From: an uncultured Alphaproteobacteria bacterium
GTDB taxonomy: Bacteria > Pseudomonadota > Alphaproteobacteria > RF32 > CAG-239
DNA: 64,000 bases
Assembly: GCA_944390915.1 (NCBI GenBank)
Contig: CALXRS010000005.1
Coordinates: forward strand, 7,663-71,662
Direction: 5' to 3'
The position numbers were made by a program, and so were the translations under genes. How positions within the stretch are numbered: position 1 is the first letter of the stretch; every line of letters starts with the position of its first letter. The notes beneath the pieces are model-generated. The model searched no databases. It saw nothing but the letters and a program-made list of their open reading frames with translations, and had not been told where the DNA came from. Shown here one piece after another: positions 63,953 to 64,000 of the stretch.

Positions 63953-64000
63953 CGTCATAACAAGAGCGGCAGCCTAAAAAATCTGTTCCCGCGTTTTGTT

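Overview
This is a densely coding 64-kb chromosomal segment with about 62 protein genes and one tRNA. I found no rRNA, no CRISPR array, and no recognisable transposase, integrase or phage genes. The gene content fits a Gram-negative, Proteobacteria-type organism: hslVU, a yfgM-like/bamB/der cluster, slyX, sufE and lipobox lipoproteins. Rubredoxin, two flavin-reductase-fold proteins, a ferritin-like protein, an exported nitroreductase and a Bat aerotolerance cluster suggest an oxygen-sensitive, possibly host-associated lifestyle (inference). The housekeeping blocks are: hslVU-murI; sufE/sucCD-like/comF; mtaD-like amidohydrolase and cspA; der-bamB; lipoprotein-tkt, fba and rpe; a phoB-like regulator; a tightly coupled tgt-LOG-ABC exporter-spmAB operon; tRNA-Val(GAC); batA-D; an msbA-like exporter; and comEC. 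Seven things stand out. (1) A self-contained transcription unit encodes a 1670-aa acidic protein that I could not assign to a family. It carries four in-frame tandem-repeat arrays and duplicated internal modules (2456-7468). (2) A sucCD-like pair has the catalytic phosphohistidine codon of the alpha subunit replaced by Tyr, and other signature loops are altered. (3) A 541-bp duplication (40091-40631 and 42211-42751) copies exactly the SpmB-like half of a fused spmAB gene. Its divergence is almost purely synonymous. It brackets an AT-richer orphan gene and a 3' remnant of a phosphofructokinase gene. (4) Three tandem cassettes (promoter, 94-aa membrane protein, terminator) have near-identical ends and diverged centres (62697-63952). 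(5) batA carries an in-frame TAA stop. (6) A promoter-plus-terminator unit without an ORF is a candidate sRNA (2180-2301). (7) Three adjacent genes encode signal-peptide proteins: a poly-Thr/His-Arg peptide, a 5x EF-hand protein and a nitroreductase. All calls come from reading the sequence and translations by eye, with no database search, so family assignments rest on remembered motifs.
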